DNA of 64,000 nucleotides from Candidatus Micrarchaeota archaeon (GTDB taxonomy: Archaea; Micrarchaeota; Micrarchaeia; Anstonellales; Anstonellaceae): assembly GCA_018304295.1 (NCBI GenBank), contig JAGVWK010000001.1, positions 11,134-75,133 on the forward strand, read 5' to 3'. The notes below the pieces were generated by a model. That model was not told the origin of the DNA, searched no databases, and saw only the letters and a list, made by a program, of their open reading frames with translations. Positions 46,269 to 56,108 of this stretch are shown here, piece after piece (position 1 is the stretch's first letter; every line of letters begins with the position of its first letter). Made by a program: the position numbers and the translations under genes.

Positions 46269-46710
46269 AAAAAAAGGCGATGAAGTGCCAAGAAGTAAAA
46301 AGGAAACTGAAAAGCCTTCTCCGATGGAGCTGGCACAGTATTCAATGGCGCGAGCTAATACGCTTCTTTTGACGGGCAGTATTTTTGTTTTGGCTTTTGT
46401 GACAGCATTGCCTATGAAGGACGAATCGCCTGCTATTGTTTTTTTCTTAGCTGGGTTTTTGGCGGTTGGTTTGTTTTGCATTTTTATTGGGCTTAAACAG
46501 TTTTTTGCTGCGGACAAGATTTTTAGGAGCGAAATGAAAAGGAACAGTCTCATTGACGTAGTAATAGTTTTTGGGTCATGGTTAATCATAACAGTTATTG
46601 CGGTGCAAATTCTTTATTCACCATCGAATATCTTTGCATTGCTTGGCTGCCTCGTAGGCGCAGCACTAATCGTAGGAGCAAAAATAAGGGTAGACGGCAA
46701 AATAGATTGA
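46258..46710 (+). CDS. Hypothetical 4-TM membrane protein with basic N-terminal tail
   Basis: Overlaps the tfb stop. RSRKKGDEVPRSKKETEKP tail followed by TM helices. Confidence 0.4.
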   Translation: MRSRKKGDEVPRSKKETEKPSPMELAQYSMARANTLLLTGSIFVLAFVTALPMKDESPAIVFFLAGFLAVGLFCIFIGLKQFFAADKIFRSEMKRNSLIDVVIVFGSWLIITVIAVQILYSPSNIFALLGCLVGAALIVGAKIRVDGKID

Positions 46711-46760
46711 TGCTGCCTTTCGTGACTTCTATTTTTATTCCTTGCCAGTGAAACCACCTT

Positions 46761-49538
46761 ATGGACTTCAATGCCATTGATGAGAAGTGGAATGCGCGCT
46801 GGCAGCAGGAGAAGGCGTTTGAGGCAAACCCCTCAAAGCAAAAAAAGTTTTTCCTTTCAGCAGCCTTTCCCTACCCTAATTCGCCCCAGCATATCGGGCA
46901 TGGGAGGACTTATACTACAACGGACATTTATGCGCGCTATCTGAGGATGAGGGGGTTTAACGTGCTTTTCCCAATGGGCTTCCACGTTACGGGAACGCCC
47001 ATTTTGGCAATGGCAAAGAGATTGGGGCAAAAGGACGAGGAGTATTTGCGCATTTTTGAGGAGATTTACGGCATAAGCAGGAAAACTTCCGCAACCCTTA
47101 CAGAACCAAAGGCGCTTGTATCGTATTTTTCGCGCGAAATAGAGCATGGAATGAAAGAGATGGGATACTCGATAGATTGGAGAAGGAAATTCTATTCTTA
47201 TGATGAGCACTTCAACAGGTTTGTTGAGTGGCAGTTCCGCAAGCTGAAAGAGGCGGGCTACATAAAGCAGGGAAGCCACCCTGTCCCGTGGTGCCCTTTG
47301 GACAACAACGCGGTCGGGGCGCATGACACAAGGGGGGACGTTGACCCGCAAATAGAGGAGGTTACTGCCGTTGCATTTGAGCTTGAGGAAGAGGGCGGGC
47401 TAATGCTTTGCTCAACATATAGGCCTGAAACGGTTTACGGGGTTACGAATTTATGGGTGAACCCAAACGCACTGTACGTGCAAATTGAGGCGGATGGAAA
47501 AAAATTCTGGGTTGCAAAGGAGGCTGTTGCGCCCCTTGCAGGGCAGCTGGGCATAAAGGTGCAAAAAACAGCGGATGCAAAAGAGCTTCTTGGAAAAAAC
47601 GCAATAAACCCGCTCACAAATGCAAGGCTGCCAATTTTTGCTGCCGAATTTGTAAAGCCCAATGCGGGAACCGGGATTGTGATGGGCGTGCCTGCGCATG
47701 CGCCCCTTGACTATCTTGCCTTGCGGGATGCAAATCTTGAGGGAAAAGTAAAGCTCATACAGGTGCTAAAGGTAGAGGGGTTTGGGGAATTCCCTGCAAA
47801 GGAAATAGTGGAGAGGATGAAAGTTGCAAGCCAGCTTGATGAAAAGGCGGAAGAAGCCACCAAGGAGATATACAAAAAAGAGGCGCACACGGGAGTTATG
47901 TGCATCGGGGAGTTCGCAGGGGAGGGGTGCGCAAGCGCACGGGAGAAAATAGCAAAAAGCCTCGTTGCAAAGAAAAGGGCATTGAAGATTTATGTTCTTG
48001 CGAATTCGCCGCTCTTTTGCCGCTGCGGGGGCGTGTGCATTGTGAACATGGTGCAAAACCAGTGGTTCATTGATTATGGGAACAAGGGATGGAAGGAGAA
48101 GGCAAAGGAATGCCTCTCAAAAATAAAAATAATGCCAAGGCAAACGATTGCGGATTATCTTTACACAATAGACTGGCTCAATGAGCGCGCATGCACGCGA
48201 GCAGCTGGCCTAGGAACGCGATTTGAGTTTGACAAGACGCAGATGATAGAGGCGCTCTCGGACTCCACCATTTACATGGCGTTTTACGCAATCTCGCATC
48301 ATGCAAAGGAGCTAAAGCCCCAAGAGCTTGATGAGGGGTTCTTTGATTACGTGCTTTTGGGAAAGGGAAATGCGCCCACCGAGGCTGCAAAAAAAATAAG
48401 GGAGGAGTTTGAATATTGGTATCCGTTTGACTCCTCGCATTCCGCAAAGGATTTGGTGCACAACCACCTTGTGTTCTTCCTCTTCAACCACGTGTGCGTA
48501 TTTGAAAAAAGGCACTGGCCGCGGCAGATTGTTACAAACGGGTTTGTGCTCATGGACGGCAAAAAAATGAGCAAGAGCATGGGCAACATAGTGCCCATAA
48601 GGGCTGCAATAAAAAAATACGGGGCGGACGTGATACGCTTCTCGGTTGTTGCCGGTGCCGACTTGTCCTCTGACACGGATTTCAACAAGCCGGTCGCAGA
48701 AGGCATTTCAAGCAGGCTGAGGGCAATGGGAGAATTGCTGGAAAAAACAATCGCGGCTGGTGAAGGCGGCAAATATGATGATGCGGACAAATGGTTTTAC
48801 TCAAGGCTGCACAGGAGGGCAAAAATGGCGCCTTCGATGTTTGAGGCATTCCAGATACGCGAGCTATCGCAGGAGCTTCTTTTTGACATGTTCAATGATG
48901 TGCAGCATTATCTCAAAAGGGCAAAGCAGCCGAAATTGCGGGAGTTTTTTGAATATTGGGCGCTTCTTGTTGCGCCTTTCATGCCGCACGTTTCAGAAGA
49001 GTTCTGGGAAAGGCTCGGGGCGAAAAAGTTCGTGCAGGATGCAAAATTAGTGTCCGTTGCGCAATTTCCTGCGGCTGATGAAAAGAAAATAGATGAGGGG
49101 ATGGAAAGGCGGGAGCAGTTCCTTCTCTCAACGCGCGAGGATATCGGGACGCTTGTGCGGCTGCTAAAAAAGGAGGGGCAGGCAAAAAAAATACATCTCT
49201 TTGTGGCGGATGAATGGAAAAGGGAAGCGCGCTCTGTTGTTGCGGCTGAAAAAGATTTTGGAAAAGCAATGAAGGCATGCCTTGCAAAGCCGGAATTGAA
49301 AGCCCATGCTGCGGGGCTCAAAAAGCTTATTGAAACGTGCATGAAGGACGTTGGCAGCCTGAAAATGGAACCCCTTGCTGGGAAGCAGGAGCTCCAAGCG
49401 CTGCAAAAAGGGGCGGAGTTCCTCTCAAAGGAATTCAATGCGCAGGTAATTGTGCAAATGGAAGAAGAAGCGCAAGTGGCGCACGCGCAGCGGGCTAAAA
49501 ATGCGATGCCGGGCAGGGCGGCTGTTGCGATTGAATGA
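46761..49538 (+). CDS. leuS: Leucyl-tRNA synthetase (archaeal type, class I)
   Basis: HIGHGRTY HIGH motif, KMSKSMGN, a CP1 editing domain and an archaeal-type C-terminal extension. 925 aa. Confidence 0.9.
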   Translation: MDFNAIDEKWNARWQQEKAFEANPSKQKKFFLSAAFPYPNSPQHIGHGRTYTTTDIYARYLRMRGFNVLFPMGFHVTGTPILAMAKRLGQKDEEYLRIFEEIYGISRKTSATLTEPKALVSYFSREIEHGMKEMGYSIDWRRKFYSYDEHFNRFVEWQFRKLKEAGYIKQGSHPVPWCPLDNNAVGAHDTRGDVDPQIEEVTAVAFELEEEGGLMLCSTYRPETVYGVTNLWVNPNALYVQIEADGKKFWVAKEAVAPLAGQLGIKVQKTADAKELLGKNAINPLTNARLPIFAAEFVKPNAGTGIVMGVPAHAPLDYLALRDANLEGKVKLIQVLKVEGFGEFPAKEIVERMKVASQLDEKAEEATKEIYKKEAHTGVMCIGEFAGEGCASAREKIAKSLVAKKRALKIYVLANSPLFCRCGGVCIVNMVQNQWFIDYGNKGWKEKAKECLSKIKIMPRQTIADYLYTIDWLNERACTRAAGLGTRFEFDKTQMIEALSDSTIYMAFYAISHHAKELKPQELDEGFFDYVLLGKGNAPTEAAKKIREEFEYWYPFDSSHSAKDLVHNHLVFFLFNHVCVFEKRHWPRQIVTNGFVLMDGKKMSKSMGNIVPIRAAIKKYGADVIRFSVVAGADLSSDTDFNKPVAEGISSRLRAMGELLEKTIAAGEGGKYDDADKWFYSRLHRRAKMAPSMFEAFQIRELSQELLFDMFNDVQHYLKRAKQPKLREFFEYWALLVAPFMPHVSEEFWERLGAKKFVQDAKLVSVAQFPAADEKKIDEGMERREQFLLSTREDIGTLVRLLKKEGQAKKIHLFVADEWKREARSVVAAEKDFGKAMKACLAKPELKAHAAGLKKLIETCMKDVGSLKMEPLAGKQELQALQKGAEFLSKEFNAQVIVQMEEEAQVAHAQRAKNAMPGRAAVAIE

Positions 49539-50614
49539 TATTGCTGAAGGGAGCGTTTAATCAGGAAGGCTTGTTTATGGTACTCTGCGCAAAAGTCCCG
49601 CGTAAAAACGCTGAAAAGGTGCGCCAAATGCTTGCGCAGAAAGATGCGCTGGATTATTCTTATGCAACCCACCGCGATGCGGAATTTGTGTATTTTGCGC
49701 TCAAAAGGGAATGTGGCCTGCCTTCTTTTTCAAAATACGGGGCAAATCTTGCGCAAATCCCCCTTGTGCAAAGGAGCGTGCACCCCGCTTCGCTCTATGA
49801 TGCGCTGGTGGAAAAATTAAGCGAGGAGGAGCTGCAAATGCTTGTTTCCTCCTTTGATATTTTGGGCGATATTGCGGTAATTGAGGTGCCTGCGCAGCTT
49901 GAGAAAAAAGAAAAGCTCATTGCGGATGCGATATTGCAGGTGCACGGGAACGTGAAGGTGGTTGCAAAAAAAGCGGGCGCGACTGCCGGGGAATTCAGGA
50001 TACGCCCGGTAAAAATCATTGCAGGTGAGAAGCGCACAACTACTCTTTATAGGGAAAACGGCTGTGAATTTGAGCTTGACATAAATTCGGTTTATTTCTC
50101 CTCAAGGCTCGGGACTGAGCGCAAAAGGGTTGCAACGCTTGCGAAAAACGGGGAAAGCGTGCTTGTGCTTTTTGCAGGCGTTGGGCCGTTTGCAATCGGA
50201 ATTGCAAGGCAGAAGCCGCAGGCAAAAATCACCGCAATTGAGCTGAACCCGAAAGCATTTGAGTACATGGAAAAAAACATTGCGCGGAACAAATGCAAAA
50301 ACGTAAAGGCGATTTTGGGTGATGTGCGCAAGGTGCTGGGCACGGAATTTGAAAAATGCGCTGACAGGGTTGTGATGCCCCTGCCCAAGGACGCGCACCT
50401 GTTCCTTGATGCCGTGTTCCCTGCGTGCAAAAAAGGCGCAACCGTGCACCTGTATTCTTTCGGGGATTCAAAAAATCCGTATGAGGAAACGGAAAGGGCG
50501 ATTTTGCAAACGGCAAAAAAAGCGGGCAGGAAAGTTGAAATAATGAACAGGCGCATAGTGCGCCCGTATTCGCCTTCCACCGTGCAGGTGGTCGTGGATT
50601 TCAAAGCCTATTAA
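49535..50614 (+). CDS. trm5: tRNA (guanine37-N1)-methyltransferase Trm5 / Taw2 family
   Basis: Class I SAM MTase motif (VLVLFAGVGPFAI) and Met10-like NIARN / PLP blocks. Overlaps the leuS stop. Confidence 0.8.
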   Translation: MILLKGAFNQEGLFMVLCAKVPRKNAEKVRQMLAQKDALDYSYATHRDAEFVYFALKRECGLPSFSKYGANLAQIPLVQRSVHPASLYDALVEKLSEEELQMLVSSFDILGDIAVIEVPAQLEKKEKLIADAILQVHGNVKVVAKKAGATAGEFRIRPVKIIAGEKRTTTLYRENGCEFELDINSVYFSSRLGTERKRVATLAKNGESVLVLFAGVGPFAIGIARQKPQAKITAIELNPKAFEYMEKNIARNKCKNVKAILGDVRKVLGTEFEKCADRVVMPLPKDAHLFLDAVFPACKKGATVHLYSFGDSKNPYEETERAILQTAKKAGRKVEIMNRRIVRPYSPSTVQVVVDFKAY

Positions 50615-50647
50615 AGAAAGAGGGCGGAATTGGCAAAAAAGCAGACC

Positions 50648-50929
50648 TTAAGAGAAATATTCCCTGCACGAATAGGGGATGCCAAAGCAGGTTGTGCGCC
50701 AGGGGCCAAAATATTGCTCAGTGTGCTCAAAGCCAAGGCATTTGCAGTCCATGCCCTTTACACATAGGGTGGCTGAGCCGGTGCCTGCATATTTTGGAAA
50801 GAAAAAAATAAGCAGCAGCACGAGCATCAGGGCAATGGAAATTGTTTTCCAGTCCACGTGGCTGTTTCTTTGGAGTTTTGCATGCAAAGGTGCGACAGTG
50901 GAAGCCTTGGAACGCTTTGTTCTTTTCAT
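50648..50929 (-). CDS. Hypothetical small Cys-rich membrane-anchored protein
   Basis: Basic N-terminus, one TM helix and 6 Cys in the C-terminal region. Sits downstream of the GH10-like gene. Confidence 0.3.
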   Translation of the reverse strand: MKRTKRSKASTVAPLHAKLQRNSHVDWKTISIALMLVLLLIFFFPKYAGTGSATLCVKGMDCKCLGFEHTEQYFGPWRTTCFGIPYSCREYFS

Positions 50930-51025
50930 GTGGATAGTTTTTGGCGACTCCTTTTAAGCCTTGCCCTTAGTCCTTTGCACGGGTTCCTTGCAAATAGGAT
51001 TGCCTGCCGCATGCATAAGGGGCTT

Positions 51026-52333
51026 TTATTTGGGAAGGCACCCGTTGTTTTCCATTGCCCTCTCCAGCAGCGGCTTTACTGACCAATATGCAGGCATGGG
51101 GGTACCGTTTGCAAAGAACAGGCCCGTGCCTTCGCGCCAGGATTGCGGGCTTTCCACAATGTCCCAAAGGTAGATTGCATCAACCGCTTCATGCGATGCG
51201 AAAAGCTCCATTGCATGTTTTAATGCGTAAGCCTGGTAGTCCCAGTAAGTCCCATAAGTTATCCCGCCATCCTGGAACTGCGCATTTGGATTGAACGGGT
51301 ATGAAGGGCTTTGGGGGTTTACGTATGCCGCAGTCCAGTCATAGCTTATGTCAAGCTCACTAACGTATATTGGAAGACCGGTTGCTGAAAGAATATCAAG
51401 GGACTCAATTAGAATGGAGTCGGGGGGCAGCGTTGCAGTCCCAAGGCCAAAGTGCCCCATTATGCCTATTCCGCCTATTGGCGCGTCCCTTTCAAGCAGG
51501 TCGGTTGCAAGCTTCGCATACTCCCGCGTCCTGCTGGCATTTATTATCACGCCTGTTTGCAGGCTGTCTTCACCGCCTTCATTCAGTATGAGCAGCGCAT
51601 CAGGGTCGGATTCGTGCGCCCATTTGAAGAAGTTTGTGAGAGCCTCAACACGCGTCCAGCCCGTGCCCATGAAATTGCTTTCAGACTCCCAGTTCCAAAG
51701 CAGGGGGTGATTTACGACTATGTATACTGGTATTCTGCCCTTGTACCTTGTTACTGTTGTTTTTATGTGCTCTTCAAGAACCGCCCTGCGCTCAAAGGTG
51801 CCAAGCATTTTGTACCATTGTGGAACCTTGATGCCGCGTGCAAGTATTAGGTTGTGGAATATGCCATAATGCTTACCGTTGTTCTCAAGGATATCCAAGG
51901 CTGCGTCAGCCGCCCTGAAATCATACTCAGGCCCGATTGGGTGTATGCTGTGGAACTCCTGCGCACCCGCAACCGTGCCCCAGGCGAAATTATCTTGGAA
52001 TGATTTTGCGTAGAATGCGCTGCTTTTCAGCAGGCTGCTCCTTGCCATTGTGCCTATTATGGTGCCGTTGCACGAAAAAGTTGCTGCGGCGGTATTGTTG
52101 GGCTGCACAAAGGCTGGCGCAGGAGGGGCGGAAATATTTGTTTTGCCGGCATTGGAATTGTTTTTCAGCGGTGCTGGGAGCCGGATTGCGCCCTGACCTA
52201 GGGAGGGCACTTCGTTGTTTTCAGCCGGATTTTGGAAGCAGCCAAAAAGCCCAAAAGCAAGCATGAGAAGGACTAGCGGAATTAATGCGCAGCTTGCCGG
52301 CTTTGGATTGGCTGTTGGTGTTGGCGTTGTCAT
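51026..52333 (-). CDS. Secreted clan GH-A glycoside hydrolase, GH10-like
   Basis: N-terminal signal with a lipobox-like LFGC. YIVVNHP at the position of the GH10 acid/base WDVVNE(P). YVSELDI matches the nucleophile ITELD. TIM-barrel-length catalytic region. Confidence 0.55.
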   Translation of the reverse strand: MTTPTPTANPKPASCALIPLVLLMLAFGLFGCFQNPAENNEVPSLGQGAIRLPAPLKNNSNAGKTNISAPPAPAFVQPNNTAAATFSCNGTIIGTMARSSLLKSSAFYAKSFQDNFAWGTVAGAQEFHSIHPIGPEYDFRAADAALDILENNGKHYGIFHNLILARGIKVPQWYKMLGTFERRAVLEEHIKTTVTRYKGRIPVYIVVNHPLLWNWESESNFMGTGWTRVEALTNFFKWAHESDPDALLILNEGGEDSLQTGVIINASRTREYAKLATDLLERDAPIGGIGIMGHFGLGTATLPPDSILIESLDILSATGLPIYVSELDISYDWTAAYVNPQSPSYPFNPNAQFQDGGITYGTYWDYQAYALKHAMELFASHEAVDAIYLWDIVESPQSWREGTGLFFANGTPMPAYWSVKPLLERAMENNGCLPK

Positions 52334-52334
52334 A

Positions 52335-53081
52335 TTATACCTTCCTTATTTTTTTTAGGCATTCCCCAATATCCGCATCAACCCCGTGGTGGCTGAAGTA
52401 TTTCACAAGGTTTTCAACATCGTGAAGCAGGAAATCCTCAGCCTGTGGGTGCGTGAGCAGCACTGCCTGCCCGACATCTATAAGATAGGGGCCGCGGTCG
52501 TCCATCAGTATGTTGAATTCGCTTATGTCCGCATGCACTATGCCTGCCGCATGCAATTTTGCAATGTCCTTAAGTATGAGATTGGAATCCTCCTGTGGAT
52601 TTAGGCTCCCGGTATCTTTAAGGGTTGAATAGGGAACGCCTTCATGCCCAAGGAATTCCATTACAAGTATGTTGCGGTCGCAGTAGATTGGAAAAGGCAC
52701 GCGGCAGCCGGCTGCGCGCATAAGCTCAAGGTTGCGGTATTCCTTTCGCGCCCATGCCTTCATTACCTCAAACTTGTTGTGCATTATCCCTTTGAAGCGG
52801 GTATCCCCTTCCATGTATTTGTGCATGCGCTTAAGCACTGGCGCGGTCGTGCGGTAAATTTTAACCGCAACAAAGCCGTCCTTTGAGCGTGCGCGAAAAA
52901 CGTTTGCCTCTTTGCCTGTGCAGATGGGATAGTCAAGGGTGTCAAAAATTCCCTTTTCTATCATTTTGGAGAGGGAAAGGAAAGTTGGCCTGTCAAATAC
53001 CTCTTCCTCGGTCTTTGATTTTTGCGCAACCTGCTTGTCCTCAAGTCTGGGCCGTTTTCTTTTGGAGAGGGAAAGTGCCAT
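52335..53081 (-). CDS. rio1: RIO-type serine/threonine kinase (Rio1-like)
   Basis: TGKEANVF P-loop-like motif, catalytic HADISEFN and DVGQAV blocks. No N-terminal wHTH. Confidence 0.85.
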   Translation of the reverse strand: MALSLSKRKRPRLEDKQVAQKSKTEEEVFDRPTFLSLSKMIEKGIFDTLDYPICTGKEANVFRARSKDGFVAVKIYRTTAPVLKRMHKYMEGDTRFKGIMHNKFEVMKAWARKEYRNLELMRAAGCRVPFPIYCDRNILVMEFLGHEGVPYSTLKDTGSLNPQEDSNLILKDIAKLHAAGIVHADISEFNILMDDRGPYLIDVGQAVLLTHPQAEDFLLHDVENLVKYFSHHGVDADIGECLKKIRKV

Positions 53082-53135
53082 AAGCAGCTTGGGCAGCCTG
53101 CGCTTAAATAGCTTTTACTTGGTGTGGCCCTGCTT

Positions 53136-53429
53136 TTACTTTATGTAGCCCTTGCTGCGCAAATAGTCGGCCTGCAGCCGGTTGTATCTCCATATTATGT
53201 CGGCGCGCTTGTCAGCGTCTATTTCCCATGGCTGCACAATCACTATGTCGCCCTCGCGCACCCAGATGTTGCGCTTTATTTTTCCGGGGATGCGGCAAAG
53301 CCGCTCGTGCCCGTCCTTGCACTGCACAACAAGCCTTCCGCCCCCTACAACAGCGATTACAACCCCGAGTATCTCCTCCTCCTTTGGGATGCGCACTCGG
53401 AAAACTGGGGGTGGTTCTGCTTCTGCCAT
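53136..53429 (-). CDS. eif1a: Translation initiation factor 1A (aIF-1A)
   Basis: OB-fold sequence GVVIAVVGGGRLVVQCKDGHERLCRIPGKIK. Confidence 0.9.
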   Translation of the reverse strand: MAEAEPPPVFRVRIPKEEEILGVVIAVVGGGRLVVQCKDGHERLCRIPGKIKRNIWVREGDIVIVQPWEIDADKRADIIWRYNRLQADYLRSKGYIK

Positions 53430-53441
53430 ATAGATGCCTTT

Positions 53442-53846
53442 TTACTTTACAGGGGAGCGCGCGCCGCATGCGTCGCACACCAGCGTCCTTATGCCGTGCA
53501 CGCCTTCGGAGATTTTCGTGTCAGGGCGGTTGCATTCCTTGCAAATAACGTATTTGCTTATGAATGTGGCGAGCTTCTCGTTTATAACCCTGTCGTAGAA
53601 TTTGCCGTGCAGGATAAGGCGGCTGCCCTCAATTGTGCCGGGAATTGCAAGCTCTTTTGAGAGGTATTTTGAAAGCATTGCCGGCTCGCGGCGTATTTTT
53701 ACGCAGATTGCCTCAAAATTCTTTATCACTGTTTTGGAGCCCTGCATGAAAGTTTCCGCAGCAGGGGGCTCAAAGCGCTCGCCGCTTGCGGTTTTCTCCG
53801 GCAGGGAGGAGCGCGCCCGCTCAAGCAACTTTTCATAATCGTCCAT
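53442..53846 (-). CDS. eif2b: Translation initiation factor 2 beta subunit (aIF-2 beta)
   Basis: Central helix-turn-helix and a C-terminal zinc ribbon (CKECNRPDT...CDACG). Confidence 0.9.
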   Translation of the reverse strand: MDDYEKLLERARSSLPEKTASGERFEPPAAETFMQGSKTVIKNFEAICVKIRREPAMLSKYLSKELAIPGTIEGSRLILHGKFYDRVINEKLATFISKYVICKECNRPDTKISEGVHGIRTLVCDACGARSPVK

Positions 53847-53904
53847 TAAACCACGCCAATATAGGGGCGAAAGGGCTTAAAAATGAATGCCATATAAGTT
53901 TTGC

Positions 53905-54174
53905 ATGGCAAAAACTTCAAAGAAGCTAATCACAAAAGACATGCTCATTGGGGACATTGTCGTCAAATACCCAAATGCAGTGCAGGTGCTAATAGAGAAC
54001 GGGTTCCATTGCATAGGCTGCTCTGTCTCCCCTTATGAAACCCTTGAGCAGGGGGGCGCAATGCACGGATGGGATGAGGAGCAGTTCAGGGGCATAATGG
54101 ATGCAATGAACAGGATTGCAGAGGCTGAGGAAAAGGCGCAAAGGGCTGCTGAAAAGAAAAAGGGGAAAAAGTGA
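53905..54174 (+). CDS. DUF1858-type redox-disulfide small protein
   Basis: ITKDMLIGDIVVKYP...GFHCIGCSV CxxC-containing fold typical of hybrid-cluster-protein-associated redox disulfide domains. Confidence 0.55.
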   Translation: MAKTSKKLITKDMLIGDIVVKYPNAVQVLIENGFHCIGCSVSPYETLEQGGAMHGWDEEQFRGIMDAMNRIAEAEEKAQRAAEKKKGKK

Positions 54175-54178
54175 GCGG

Positions 54179-55405
54179 ATGCTTGGAAAAATAAGGGGGG
54201 AGGCTGAAACTTTCCTCAAAAGCGACTTCAACCGCTTTTTGGCGCTTTTTGTAGTGACATTGGCGCTTTTTGCATACGTTTACGGTGAGTATTCTTCGGC
54301 TGTGGCAGGGGATGCGACGCAGCAGGCTGATGCGAAGGTGCATTTTTTCTATTCCCCCGCATGCCCGCACTGCGTGCTGCAAAAGCCGTTTAATGAGGTG
54401 CTCATGGGAAAATACCCAAATGTCCTTTTTGTTTACCATAATTTGGAAACTGCGCAGGAGCTTGGGGAATACGGGCGGTTTGTTTCCGAATATAAAATTG
54501 CGCGCACGGGAACGCCCACCACGATAGTCGGGGAGGAAAAGGACGGCTCATGCATATTTGTGGGATGGGAGGCGGAAAACACCACCGGAAGGGAAATAGA
54601 GGAATGCGTTTTGCTTCGGCTGCAAAATAAAACCGTTTCAGGAAATGCCACTGCGCCAAGCACGGAAATAAACGCGCCGTTTTTGGGCAAAATAGACATA
54701 AAGGATTATTCGCTTGTTTCGCTTGCAGTTGTGCTTGGGTTAATAGACGGGTTCAATCCGTGCGCAATGTGGGTGCTCGTTTACCTTATTGCTGTTGTGA
54801 TGAGCCTTAATGACAGGAGGAAAATATGGCTTGTTGTCGGCAGCTTTGTTGCGGCTTCCGCAATGCTGTACTTCCTTTTCATGACGGCATGGCTGAATTT
54901 GTTCCTTGTGCTTGGGTATGTGAGGATGGTTACTGTAATCGTTGGCGCGGTTGCGCTTGCAGGCGGAATACTTAATGTAAAGGAATATATTGAAACCGGC
55001 GGGCAGGCTGTCTGCAAAGTGGGGGATATTGCCGAAAAAAAGAAAACCGCAGGGCTTGTGGAGCACATAGCTTCCTCACCGCTTAACATTGGAACCATTG
55101 TTGCGATAGTGGCGCTTGCGTTTGTCGTGAACTCGGTTGAATTTGTGTGCTCTTCGGCAATACCTGCAGTGTTCACGCAGGTCCTTGCGGCATCCAGCCT
55201 TTCCTTTGTTGAGCACTACGGATACATACTGCTTTACGTTTTCTTCTTCATGCTGGATGACATTGTGATATTCGGAATGGCTGCGTTTGCGGCCTCAAGA
55301 ATATCAACAGGGGAAAAATATGCGGCATACTGCAAGGTGATTGGAGGGGTGCTGCTTGCGGCAATAGGGCTGATGCTGCTTTTCTTTCCAAGCCTGCTGC
55401 GCTAG
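54179..55405 (+). CDS. Thioredoxin-fold (CPHC) domain fused to CcdA/DsbD-like transmembrane thiol-disulfide transporter
   Basis: N-terminal TM followed by a thioredoxin-like domain with CPHC. A C-terminal multi-TM core with LIDGFNPCAMWVL and a second Cys (FVCSSAIP), as in CcdA. Confidence 0.7.
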   Translation: MLGKIRGEAETFLKSDFNRFLALFVVTLALFAYVYGEYSSAVAGDATQQADAKVHFFYSPACPHCVLQKPFNEVLMGKYPNVLFVYHNLETAQELGEYGRFVSEYKIARTGTPTTIVGEEKDGSCIFVGWEAENTTGREIEECVLLRLQNKTVSGNATAPSTEINAPFLGKIDIKDYSLVSLAVVLGLIDGFNPCAMWVLVYLIAVVMSLNDRRKIWLVVGSFVAASAMLYFLFMTAWLNLFLVLGYVRMVTVIVGAVALAGGILNVKEYIETGGQAVCKVGDIAEKKKTAGLVEHIASSPLNIGTIVAIVALAFVVNSVEFVCSSAIPAVFTQVLAASSLSFVEHYGYILLYVFFFMLDDIVIFGMAAFAASRISTGEKYAAYCKVIGGVLLAAIGLMLLFFPSLLR

Positions 55406-55785
55406 AAAATCCGCTCGCATCCAAGCCCGTCAAAATCCGAATCAAAAGAGAGTATATTTTTTATGCCAAGCTTTTTCATCACAATGAAGCTTAGGGCATC
55501 GCACATGCTGAGTTTCGGGTATTTTTTTATGAGTTCAAGCGCGCTAGGCATGTCTTCGTTAAGGGCGCAAACAAGCAAAATCTCGCTTTCAAGAACCTTT
55601 TTGGCATGCAGGTGTGCGGCGGAATTGCCATCTTTATATGCAAGGAAAGTAACAAATTCGGAAAATACATTGTCCGTGATTATCACGCGCTCTGCCAAGC
55701 CTTGTGAAATTTCGGCCGCCCTGCAATGGTTTTCATCGCTTGGGCGCACAATCGCTATCAGGTAAGACGTGTCTGCAAAAATCAT
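55402..55785 (-). CDS. vapC: PIN-domain toxin VapC
   Basis: MIFADTSYLIA acidic N-terminus and downstream conserved Asp/Glu of PIN. 127 aa. Confidence 0.7.
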   Translation of the reverse strand: MIFADTSYLIAIVRPSDENHCRAAEISQGLAERVIITDNVFSEFVTFLAYKDGNSAAHLHAKKVLESEILLVCALNEDMPSALELIKKYPKLSMCDALSFIVMKKLGIKNILSFDSDFDGLGCERIF

Positions 55786-56031
55786 TCACACACCATAAAC
55801 TATCCTGTCTATCTCTGAAGCGCTGCTTTTTTTCTTTCCCTTTGATATGCCGGCCAAATCCATAATGGAGTATCGCTTTCTTTTTGCCATTTGAGACTCA
55901 AGGGCGCTTATTGCGAGGGAGAATACCTCTCCCTCCGTAACGTTCCGCTCTTTGCTAAGCTGCAAATGCGCCTGAAGCATGGATATTTTTTTCGCCAGAT
56001 GGCGCGGGATTTTCTTTGTTATGTAATCCAT
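55786..56031 (-). CDS. vapB: Putative VapB antitoxin
   Basis: An 81-aa ORF abutting the vapC start in antitoxin-then-toxin order. Confidence 0.5.
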   Translation of the reverse strand: MDYITKKIPRHLAKKISMLQAHLQLSKERNVTEGEVFSLAISALESQMAKRKRYSIMDLAGISKGKKKSSASEIDRIVYGV

Positions 56032-56108
56032 TGTTACACCTATTACACTAAGGGAATAAAAGGCTTTGCTTTCCGCACGTTGCCCGCCATTTATGGCGGC
56101 AGGATAAT

